Of a DNA stretch of 64,000 nucleotides, positions 52,697 to 64,000 are shown in pieces. The stretch's first letter is position 1. Each line of letters begins with the position of its first letter. Origin of the DNA: Octopus sinensis (lineage: Eukaryota); the NCBI RefSeq assembly GCF_006345805.1, contig NC_042997.1, positions 109,492,001-109,556,000 of the forward strand. The letters run 5' to 3'. The notes beneath the pieces were generated by a model. It did not search any database and was not told where the DNA came from. It worked only from the letters and a program-made list of their open reading frames with translations. The translations under genes were made by a program, and so were the position numbers.

Positions 52697-53210
52697 ACTA
52701 TCTATCTATCTATCTCTGTCGATTTCTTCGACTATAATTCTTCAAATAATGAAATAACATGTAATCAGCTAGGTTCCCTCCACCCCATGACCCCACACAT
52801 GGCCCCAGCATGGCCGCAGTCTAAATCACTGAAACAAGTAAAAAATGAAAGAGGATATGTGTGTGTGTCTGTGTCTGTGTATCCGTGTATGCCTATGTGA
52901 AAGGGTACAGGTTTGTCTTGACATCACGTGATAGTTATAAATAAGTTTCCGTCATTTATTTCCAGCATTCTGCGAATGTCTCGCAATGGGCAGATATTTC
53001 CTTGTTTGGAGACAGGTAGTGGCGTGGGTGGCTGGAAAGGCACCCCGCCGTAGAAAATCTATCTCAATCTATCTCCGTCTGATCCGCGCATGCAAGCATG
53101 CAAAACTGGACGTTGAAACGATGACGACGACGATGATGATATAAGTTAACAGGGTGATAGAAGGGGAGGAAGTAGTAGATGGGGACGTGAAGCCAGTAAA
53201 AGCGATAGTC

Positions 53211-53270
<60 letters not shown>

Positions 53271-55000
53271 CAGGTCTATTGGTATACATTTCGTCGTGTA
53301 TAAACGAACTAGAAATAAGGAAATAGCATGTAATTAGATAGGTTACCCCCCATCCCCACCACCACCCCCATCCCCACACCCACACACCCTCCTGTTCTCC
53401 GCCTTTCCCAATGTGATTTATGGCAACAAACAAACAACAACAACAACAACTCACAACCATCATCTATACACATGATATATTACTTCACCATTAACTACTT
53501 ATGGTACGCCATTTTCTCTGCACCTCTCCTCTCCCTTTCTCTAAGACTATATATATATATATGTATATTATATATGTCTACCTCTCTGTCCTTCCTTCTC
53601 TCTCTCTCTCTCTCTCTCTTTTTCGCTCTCTCATTTCCTTCTGTTTGTTCATTCCTGTTCGGGTTTATTTATGTCATAATTACCTATCAAGCGATCGATT
53701 ATGTTGTGCAGTCTCCGCCGTGATTCCGACAATCAAAGCTACAACATGGTTTTCGATTAACGTGAAGAAAGGCTTCACTTAGCGTTGCTTAATGACTTGG
53801 CGAATAAAAATGATTTTTTTAAAAAGAAAGACCACACACACACATACACACGTACAAATAAAAAAAAAGGCAACAAAACAATGCATCAAAGCCACAACAT
53901 CCTATTTCCGTTCCATCATGAGTTTTTAGTCTTTATGACTACGAAATACAAATGATTTTATTAAAAACTCGATCATTATCGATTGATTAGGATTAAAATA
54001 TCTCCTATTATTACTAATGAGTGTTGTTTATTCTCGGTGTTGTTGTTGGTAGTGGTGGTGGTGGTGGTGGTGGTGGTGGTGGTGGTAGTGGTGGTGGTGG
54101 TGGTGGTGGTGGTAGTGGCGGTGGTGGTGGTCGTCGTCGTGGTTGTCGTGGCGTTGGTGTTAGTGGTGGTGTTGGTGGTACTGGTGGTAGGTGATTGTAG
54201 TAGGTGGTGGTGGTGGTAGTAGCGGTGGTGGTGGTGGTGGTGGTAGCGGCGTGGTGGTCGTGTGGTCGTGGTGGTCGTGGCGGCACTGGTGGTGGAGTGG
54301 TGTTGGTGGTGGTAGGTGATTGTAGTAAGTGGTGGTGGTGGTGGTGGTGGCGGTGGCAGTAGGTAATGGTGGTGGTGCCGGCGGTAGGTGACAGTGGTGG
54401 TGGTGTGGTGGTGGTGGTGTGGTGGTGGTGGTGTTGGTGGTGAGGTATTGATGTTGTTGGTAGTGCAGTGATGTGAAAGACATGATGTTTAGACCCAAGT
54501 TAGCGTTAAACAAGTTGACCTGTAGTCAACGGCAATACACTCGAGACCATCCCATCTTTTTTCCATGCACAAGTTTAGATTGTCCCAAGTGTCCTCCCCG
54601 TTTTAAGACTGTAGATGTAATCTGAAGAAAATTTGGCTGAGTGTACACGAAAGTTGTCGTAAGATAATTAAGGGATTAATTAATTAACGGTCATTGCGTG
54701 GGAGTTAATAATTAAGAAATTCTTTTAAGTTACATTTCTAGATCTGTCTGTTCATATTTGGAATCACGCATCGTCTTGCGTAATCTTGTGCAATCTCATT
54801 CAACATGAAGACCAGCACCATCATTTTTCAAGTGGATCACGTGAGTAGTTGGGGATATTTTTATGTGAAACCATTGGTTGCCTTGCTAATCGATGAATAT
54901 AGAGTATTTATCCATCAATTTGTATTGACTACTTATTCTCACAGTTCAATAGTAGGGTATGTATATACTACATACATACATATACACACACACACCACAC

Positions 55001-55050
<50 letters not shown>

Positions 55051-55378
55051 ATATATACGACAGGCTTCTTTCAGTTTCCGTCTACCAAATCCACTCACAA
55101 GGATTTGGTCGACTCGAGGCTATAGTAGAAGACACTTGTCCAATTTGCCACAGAGTGGAACTGAAACCAGAACCATGTGGTTGGGAATCAAGCTTCCTAT
55201 TCACACAGCCATGCCAGCGCCTATATATAATATATATATATATATATAATATATATATATAATATATATATATACTGATAGATATGGCAAGACAACAACA
55301 GAATGAAAGCGACCTCGATATTATGTAAATAGAGGAATTTATCTGTAAATATAATATGTGACAATTATTCGGTAGCTA

Positions 55379-55441
55379 TGATAAAACTCCGAGTTTCGGA
55401 TGCCGGGCCGAAAACCCGCGCCGGTATCTCTTCAGTTATCG
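55379..55441 (-). ncRNA. Type I hammerhead ribozyme (family H) in a ~300-bp element (about 55275-55580)
   Basis: GATAA-CTGAAGA-GATACCGG...CCGGCATCC-GAAAC-TCGGA-GTT-TTATC. Confidence 0.75.
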
Positions 55442-55663
55442 TGTCATTGAAAAAAATGCTATGAAAATGACCGTTAAAACAAAGGAAAATTACTGTGTGA
55501 TTGACTGTTATTAAGTAAGGGAAGGGAGTAAAGGTAAGGCAGTAAACATTTTCATAGTAATAGCGTAAGCCCGTATGTCCATACATACACATGCGCGCCC
55601 GCATACCCACGTACATGCACCTATATATACAAACACACACACACACACATATATATATAGGTA

Positions 55664-55697
<34 letters not shown>

Positions 55698-55899
55698 TGT
55701 ACGCATGTATGTATGTAAGTGTATGTGTGTGTGTGTAAATATAAAAGTAAGATCCAAGGATCAGGGTGTAGGAAGTAAGTGAGCTTCAAGCAATCTATAG
55801 AAAATATTTTTTTAAACTTTCGGGAAAAAACAATGGTTTACTGGTGCGGAAAGTTTTGAATTTTTGCCGTATTGAAGTACGACAAGCTGAAAAGAATTA

Positions 55900-57550
55900 T
55901 AACATATTTCACGGTTGGCCAGGAGGGTTGCCGAGTACGCGAATAAAAATAGAATAGTTAAGGAATGGAGTAGATTCGATCCGGGGCTACATATGTTTCA
56001 TAGCGAGCAGAACGTCAGAAGTGGTAAATATCCAAGCGAGGTGTCTATTGTAGGCTACTCTTCAGGCGAAGGATATCTTGATTAAATGAAAGTTTATATT
56101 GTCGCAAGGAGGTATGTTAACACATGGAGGATTCGATCAGAATATATTACTTTTACGTTTATGAATTTGCGTTGTAAGATTTCTGATGTGAAGTCGTGTA
56201 TTAAAACAGATAATGTTGTATTTCGGGACGGTTATATTTTTGTTTTACCAAATAAACACACGCGCTATATATTCGTTCTTCACTCGTTTATTACTGTTAT
56301 TATTCTAACTCATGTCCGTTGTCCAGAAATCTTTCGTTATACATCTGTGACCTCCTCATAGCCACTTTCCGTCTTCGTGTGTGCTCTTTCTCTTCTCATT
56401 CCATTTTGGACAATGGACATGGGCTAGAATAAGAACAGTAATAAACGAGTAAAGAACGAATATAAAGTTCATGGATTTATTTGGCAAAAACAAATGTCCA
56501 TCCCGAAATACAATAATACACAAACACACGCATACACACACACGCGTGGTCCTCTCCTCGAGTGTACGGTGCATTTATATACAAGATTGCTACTCATAAA
56601 GAGGTTCATCAATGGGCATCTTGATTTTTCTCTGCATGAGCATTTATTAGATTTAGTTGTAACTGTGGCGGCGCTGGCCTCCATTTTCCGTTTTGGCTAC
56701 CATCTAGATGTGACCACAACGGATGTTTTTCATTCTGCTTCATGTCTTCTTTCTTGTCCGACCGGAAGTAGTTCGCGCGTCATAAGTTATAGTCCCAATA
56801 GATGGGTTATTCAACAGTTGGTTCATTTTACTGTTATTAATGCGGTGCGTATGCTGCTCTAGATTAATAGAGTTATCGCATGCCACCTCCACTGTGTGTC
56901 TATTAAAAATAGCTTGGCATCTGTTTGACTCTGGGAAACATTTGTCTAAAGCAGCAAAAATTTCGCTAGCGATCTTCGTTGAAACATGTGAACCGTGGAT
57001 TGGGTTGTACCAGGGGACATCATGATTCTTATAGTTGTTGTTTGGCTTATTTGTGAAAGTGATATAAAGTATGGATTTAGAGAATCATGCGGCTATCAGA
57101 GTAAGCCCCTCATTTGGAACTGGCTGCAAGTCAACGGAGCAATCAATTACCATGTAGTCTATTGTTAAGTGTACATGTAACTGACAAACCAGAAAATCCG
57201 AAAAACAAATTTTTCAACTTGAAGTCAAGATGGAACAACTTGAAGTCAAGATAGTCTGCAAAAAATGATTACATTTATCGTTCAATATCATAGATAGATC
57301 TATGGTATAACCGTAGATGTAACCATGCTGTTCTGGCTTGTTTTCCTCTCCAAATCTGCTTTCTATGCATTTCGATCGAACCCCCTGCGAGTTAATGTAA
57401 ACTTCATATAATGAAGGGATCCTTGGCCTGAAGAGTAGCTTGCGGTCTCCACCCACCCCCTCGTTTGGATAATTACTACTTCCGAGGTTCCACTAGCTAT
57501 GAAACATATCCAGCCTAGATTTTATCTACTCCATTCATTAATTTTTGGAT
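55900..57550 (-). mobile_element. Decayed Naiad-type PLE 3' part with an inverted arm; HHRs at 55985-56068 (minus) and 57422-57518 (plus, damaged)
   Basis: Minus strand WYNPIHGSHVSTKIASEIFAALDKCFPE..IFNRHTVEV and CSCREKSRCPL..NLVYKC; both ribozymes read CTGAAGA-GTAGC...GCTAT-GAAAC-ATAT. Confidence 0.7.
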
Positions 57551-57569
57551 TTCTATCTATGTATCTATG

Positions 57570-57657
<88 letters not shown>

Positions 57658-57660
<3 letters not shown>

Positions 57661-57855
57661 AGAGTTAACGAAAAAAGCAAAAGACGAAGCCGGGTGGTGT
57701 ACAAAACAAAACAAACAGATGTTTAGTATAACGCTCAGGAATAGAAAAAAGCATTTTACGTTTCGAGCCTACGCTCTTCTACAGAAAGAGACACAGAAAA
57801 AACAGGGAGAGAAACAAGGAAAGAAAAAAAATGTGTGTAGTAGCTAACGATCTAT

Positions 57856-57858
<3 letters not shown>
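57658..57858 (-). mobile_element. Family D element; ribozyme at 57754-57788
   Basis: Close homolog of 15070-15297; in (TA)n. Confidence 0.7.
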
Positions 57859-57937
<79 letters not shown>

Positions 57938-58242
57938 ATGTATATATGTATATATGTATGAAAGGGGTTCAGTGAACTTGCTCTGTTAAAATATTAAAAA
58001 AAAAAAAAATTAATGTGTCCTACTTGTTAAAATACTATTTATTTATTTGTGGAGCTGAAGGTAGCACTACATTCAAATTGTTGTAATGATTGGATTGTTC
58101 GAGTCACTTGAATCGGTCGTATTGCATTACTACTTGATATCCTGTTGTTTATTTTGATTTTATTCACCTTACTTCGAGCTGCGTGGATATACCGGACTGA
58201 CTTTGTGCTTCAACTTAAGTACCTAATTCAACTAAGTCTCAA

Positions 58243-58288
<46 letters not shown>

Positions 58289-58289
<1 letters not shown>

Positions 58290-59797
58290 CAACAATTGAG
58301 GTAAAATTAATTAATTATTAATCAATTCACCAAGTATTCAGTATGTAAAGGGACCATTTAAGGCGAATTCAAATTATTACATTATATAAAAGGGCTTAGT
58401 AAAATAAATTACTTTGCCACATACTGAACTCATTAGAATAGTAGCTAAAAAAACTTTTTTAAAACTATTTCTAATACTTAAAGAAAATCTCTCTCATATA
58501 GTGTTTGCTCAATTCAACTCACGAAAGTATGGGGGTAAAGACATTCAAAAATCAAATGCAAAGGTTATTTGAGAACGTACGTTTCAAGATTAGTCAACTC
58601 GACATTTCTATCATCAGCTCAGAACTCCTTGGTTTGGATTTGAAAACACTGAAAGTGGGAGCATACCCTTTCGGCTTCTTATCGCTTCTGAAGATCTGCT
58701 CGAAACTAACAGTGCCAGCAAATCCAAATATGCAAGCGAAGAATTCTGCTCTCCCCTTTCCACCAGGTGGGTTAAAATCAGTAAACACTATGCTTTTTCG
58801 GTAAAATCCGAAGCATTAAATAGAGAGAGATGAATTATAATTTCAACAATTGAGGGTAAAATTAATTAATTATTAATCAATTTCACCAAGTATTCAGTAT
58901 GTAAAGGGACCATTTAAGGCGAATTCAAATTATTACATTAATAAAAGAGCTTAGTAAAATAAATTACTTTGCCACATACTGAACTCATTAGAAATAGTAG
59001 CTAAAAAAAAACTTTTTTAAAAACTATTTCTAATACTTAAAGAAAATCTCTCTCATATAGTGTTTGCTCAATTCAACTCACGAAAGTATGGGGGTAAAGA
59101 CATTAAAAAATCAAATGCAAAGGTTATTTGAGAACGTACGTTTCAAGATTAGTCAACTCGACATTTCTATCATCAGCTCAGAACTCCTTGGTTTGGATTT
59201 GAAAACACTGAAAGTGGGAGCATACCCTTTCGGCTTCTTATCGCTTCTGAAGATCTGCTCGAAACTAACAGTGCCAGCAAACCCAAAATATGCAAGCGAA
59301 GAATTTCTGCTCTCCCCTTTCCTCCAGCGTGGGTTAAAATCAGTAAACACTATGCTTTTTCGGTAAAATCCGAAGCATATAAATAGAGAGAGATGAATTA
59401 TAATTTCAACAATTGAGGGTAAAATTAATTAATTATTATCAATTCACCAAGTATTCAGTATGTAAAGGGACCATTTAAGGCGAATTCAAATTATTACATT
59501 ATATAAAAGAGCTTAGTAAAATAAATTACTTTGCCACATACTGAACTCTTAGAAATAGTAGCTAAAAAAAACTTTTTTAAAACTATTTCTAATACTTAAA
59601 GAAAATCTCTCTCATATAGTGTTTGCTCAATTCAACTCACGAAAGTATGGGGGTAAGACATTAAAAAATCAAATGCAAAGGTTATTTGAGAACGTACGTT
59701 TCAAGATTAGTCAACTCGACATTTCTATCATCAGCTCAGAACTCCTTGGTTTGGATTTGAAAACACTGAAAGTGGGAGCATACCAAGTGGGAGCATA

Positions 59798-59799
<2 letters not shown>
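58289..59799 (-). mobile_element. Second family F retrozyme-like array (~2.7 units of ~559 bp) in (TA)n
   Basis: Minus-strand HHRs at 58570-58621, 59129-59180 and 59687-59738; 15-bp duplication AAGTGGGAGCATACC at 59770-59799. Confidence 0.85.
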
Positions 59800-59840
<41 letters not shown>

Positions 59841-59841
<1 letters not shown>

Positions 59842-59946
59842 AACAGAAAATGGAGAGATATTGATGAACAACAATTCACTTACATCAACTAATATTTAAT
59901 AATAAATAATATTTGATTTTCATCAATATATCTCCATTTCCTGTTT
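59841..59946. repeat. Foldback with 28-bp arms
   Basis: 59841-59868 matches the reverse complement of 59919-59946 at 26 of 28 positions. Confidence 0.75.
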
Positions 59947-60073
59947 ACTTTAAATTTTGATTCTTGATAAACTCATGTTTATCCTTGTCTTTACCTATAA
60001 TTTATGAGCATAATATGCTTGAATGTATGTATGCCCATGGTTAAACATGGGTTATGTACCTCTAACTCAGCTA

Positions 60074-60109
<36 letters not shown>

Positions 60110-60159
60110 TATATATATATATATATACAAATATATACATGCATACACACATTCATAAA

Positions 60160-60560
60160 CACCAACTCAAGGAATCCTGGTGGAATATTCCCATCAAAAC
60201 TTCTGTAAAATGTAAACATAATAGGCCGGATATTGTTGTTTGGGACAGAGGGGCAAAGGTATGTGCCATCATAGAGGTTAGGAGCCCTGCAGATATAAAT
60301 ATCTCTTTAAAAATCAAAGAAAAAGAGGATATCTATGGGTAACTGCTTCGAAACCTCCAGCATCTATATACCAGACTATGAATTTATATTCATACCAATA
60401 ATAATTGGAGCAATGGGTTTTGTTAGTAAATTCTTAAAGGAGAATCTGGATAAATTGGGATCTTCAGAAAGAGAAATCGATCAGCTAATTCGTACATTAT
60501 AAGTGTAATCTGTGAGTGGAACAGTAAAAATATGCGAGACTTTTCTCAAGTTCCAAATGT
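60160..60560 (+). pseudogene. RLE-type (R4/R2-like) LINE 3' fragment
   Basis: WWNIPIKT..HNRPDIVVWD..IIEVRSP..KEKEDIY then IPIIIGAMG. Confidence 0.8.
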
Positions 60561-61148
60561 GGATTTTTCTGTGTTGACTACATCCCAATGATGGGCCTTG
60601 TATCTATGTTGGAAACCAGTTCCTTCCTGAGTGGAACATTTATAATAATTTTAAAAAATAGAAGAGATACACACACACACATTGTGGCGGTAGTGGTGGT
60701 GGTGGTGGTGGTGGTGGTGGTAGGAAAGTGTTAGTGTAGTGTTGTTAATGTTGTGTCTGCGTGTGTTTGTGTATGCAACAAGAATAAAAAGGTTTAAAGT
60801 ACAAATAACATCACTCGTTTCTGTGCTGTGGTAATAGCCGAAAGTTGCTGAGTTTTTAGTGTTATGTCATCACAAAAATTATCTTTTTAAGTAGTTACGT
60901 AAAAAAATATGATGCAGCCGCTGATGTGTGCCGGCACTTCATCAGGTGTGTTGCTTATAAATGCACTGCCAAGATGGCGAATGGTAGCCGATAACTGTAT
61001 AGGAGCTTTTCAATGCAAAATGCTGGATCTGTGTGTGTGTGTGTGGGTGGGTGGGTCTCAGTAATGTGTTAGTGAATGAAATGGGAAGGAGACATTGCGG
61101 AACCTGGACGACTTTAACTGGGATTGGTTTTGTGTAGGGGAACAAAGA

Positions 61149-61219
<71 letters not shown>

Positions 61220-62926
61220 TAGTAATAGTAGTGTCAATAATCAAACAGTAGGGGGTGTGTAAGCTTTCCCACTCCGATAAATACCCTTTCTTGTATATCT
61301 AATTATTTCAATTGTAGTTGGTTGTGTTTTTTCTTTTTTTTCCTTTTTTTTTTTCCTTTTTTTTCTTGCTGTACACACGGGGAGAGCTCATTCCCTATTT
61401 CATGACAACTAACTCAATGCAAACTTTATGCTCCCTCATCAACTAATCGCTATATTTCGGTTACATTCATATCATAAGAACTTATTCGTTCTCATCAACT
61501 AAACACCTATTCTATAAATAACCAAACAAAATATTAGTTATGTTACTTCGATATTTCAGCGAGCGATCACAGAAGCTTATTAAAGAATAAAGATCGAAAT
61601 TCTATTTCAGAATTTCACAAGTTTACCAGCGAGTGATACACGGTTCTGAGTCTTCGAATATCAAAAAAGAGCTGCTACCATTTTTTAAAACAACTTTTAA
61701 TACTATTTGTATTTAAGGCAGTGATCCGGCAGAGTTGTTAGCACACCGGGCAAAATACTTACCAGCCTTACGTTCGCCTTTACGTTCTGAGATCAAATTC
61801 CACCGAGGACGGCTTAGCTTTTTTATTCTTTCGAGGTCGATAAAATAAGTCGGTTAAAAACTGCGGTCGATCTAATCGGCTTATCCCCTCACCCGAAATT
61901 ACTCCCCTTGCACCAAAATTCGGAATCACTATTATTTGTTCTTTTCTTTCACTTGTTTCAGTTATTTGACTGTGGCCATGCTGGAGCACCGCTTTTTAGT
62001 CGAAGAAATCGATCCCAGGACTTATTCTTTGTAAGCCTGGCACTTATATCATCGGTCTCTTCTGCCGAACGGCTAGGTTACGGGGACATAAACACACCGA
62101 CATCGGCTGTCAAGCGATGGGGAGAGGGAAAAACAGACACAAAGACACACACATAAATATATACATATGCACATATATACGACGGGCTTCTTTCAGTTTC
62201 TGTCTACCAAATCCACCCAGGCTACAGTAGAAGACACTTGCCCAAGGTACTACGCAGTGGGACTGAACCCGGAACCATGTGGTTGGGAAGCAAGTTTCTT
62301 AAAACACAGCCACGCCTGCGCCTATTTTTTAGTTTCATTTCAAATTTTCGGAATTTAGATTTCTTAAAGTATTTAAAAGTGTGTAGGTTTATGTAAGAAT
62401 GATATGGGCATAGGTCCTATATATGGACTCTGGCAATGCCCCACAATGTCCCACAATGTCCCACAATGTCCCACGCTGATGCAAACTTCAGTTTGCATCA
62501 AAGATCTAAATGTCTACGGAATACTCAGTCATTTACAATATGACTCAATTACAAAGATGTACTGTGATCTAACAATTGGAATAGTCATCGTCGATAGCAA
62601 CGGAGTCCCACTTCGCTAGTTACATGCAACAGTATGGATTGTTTGAACAAATGTAATTAATTTTCAGTGCAGATTAAATAACATTGGCGACAGAAAAAAA
62701 AAAAAAAAAAAACTTTCAAATGTGTTTGAAATATTATTCTAACCTAAATTTACATATTTTTGAGAAAATCTTTTGTTTTCTGTTTTCATAAAATTTCACT
62801 CAATTTCGTCTTCTGAAATATTTTGCTTTTATTTTCTTCATTTCATCCTCTTTATCCGTTAAAACACTTAATATTGTGTCAGCACACAATGAGTATAATC
62901 ACACAGATATACATAGGTGAATATAC

Positions 62927-63390
62927 GTATATATATATATGTGTGTGTGTGAGTGTGTGTAAATTGTTTAGTATATATATTCAACTAGGTCAGGTTATAT
63001 TTTTTAGAAAATATTCTTTCCTCATAAAAGTAGTTTGCCTTTTAATTGAATGTTTAAAGATTTGTTGGAGAGAAAAAAAAGACAAAAATACACGAAACAC
63101 AAAAAAACCCACTCCTTGATTTCAAAGATTAGGAAAAAGGAATGAAAAAATATTTGCTGAGAAATAAAAGGGGAATGTGTGATATATATATATATATATA
63201 TAGTGTGTGTGTGTGTGTGTGTTGTGTGTTGTGTGTGTGTGTGTGTGGTGTGTTCGCGTGTGTGCGTGTGTGAATTTATTTATGTGTATATACAAATATA
63301 TATAAACGCTCTTTTACATATGGATAAAAATACATTCATACATAGATATCTAAATGCAATAGGCACACATACACATACATACACACGCAC

Positions 63391-63421
<31 letters not shown>

Positions 63422-63932
63422 CATACATACATACATACATACATACATACATACATACATAGGTGCGTATATATATATATGTGTGTGTGTGAGTGTGTGT
63501 AAATTGTTTAGTATATATATTCAACTAGGTCAGGATATATTTTTAGAAAAAATATTCTTTCCTCATAAAAGTAGTTTGCCTTTTAATTGAATGTTTAAAG
63601 ATTTGTTGGAGAGAAAAAAAGAGACAAAAATACACGAAACACAAAAAAAACCCACTCCTTGATTTCAAAGATTAGGAAAAAGGAATGAAAAAATATTGCT
63701 GAGAAATAAAAGGGGAATGTGTGATATATATATATATATATATAGTGTGTGTGTGTGTGTGTGTTGTGTGTTGTGTGTGTGTGTGTGTGGTGTGTTCGCG
63801 TGTGTGCGTGTGTGAATTTATTTATGTGTATATACAAATATATATAAACGCTCTTTTACATATGGATAAAAATACATTCATACATAGATATCTAAATGCA
63901 ATAGGCACACATACACATACATACACACGCAC

Positions 63933-63963
<31 letters not shown>

Positions 63964-64000
63964 CATACATACATACATACATACATACATACATACATAC
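62927..64000. repeat. Tandem duplication with ~540-bp period
   Basis: GTGAGTGTGTGTAAATTGTTTAG... at about 62949 and 63489; copies differ mainly in homopolymer and microsatellite lengths. Confidence 0.9.

Noticed and set aside
58682-58740. CTGAAGA-TCTGCTC-GAAAC on the strand opposite the family F HHR, which would suggest ambisense ribozymes
   Set aside because: There is no stem II, the triplet would be GUG, and stem I is not adjacent; not a viable hammerhead by eye.
33066-59864. Recurrent ORF MLNSTHESMG...LKTLKVGAYPFGFLSLLKICS in family F units
   Set aside because: It uses non-ATG starts, its frames differ among copies through indels, and it has no recognisable motif; the unit is better explained as structured RNA.
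5283-63837. Hundreds of ORFs rich in CV, YI, HT, poly-I, poly-N or poly-L
   Set aside because: They are translations of microsatellites with no domain content.
62927-64000. 540-bp tandem as another retrozyme
   Set aside because: It has no ribozyme core and the unit includes host microsatellites; likely a local duplication or assembly artefact.

Overview
This is AT-rich, microsatellite-saturated animal intergenic or intronic DNA. The SINE types and repeat density suggest an octopus genome (my inference). I found no convincing host protein-coding gene; nearly all ORFs in the track are microsatellite read-throughs. Recognisable content: tRNA-derived SINEs of at least three families, decayed LINEs (CR1-like, RTE, R4/Dong), Helitron-like and MITE-like elements, one nearly full-length Naiad-type Penelope-like element (PLE; RT + GIY-YIG, 38854-42836) and a second decayed one (about 55900-57550). 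The main signal is about 19 near-intact and about 5 degenerate type I hammerhead ribozyme (HHR) motifs in about 10 unrelated small-element families, most embedded in (TA)n tracts. They include two retrozyme-like tandem families (about 490-bp and 560-bp units) that share a 3'-terminal motif and an internal 16-mer, a tRNA-headed element with an HHR, and core variants (U3-A8, U6, U-U at the base of stem II). All folds and alignments were read by eye and need computational and biochemical confirmation; element boundaries are approximate.
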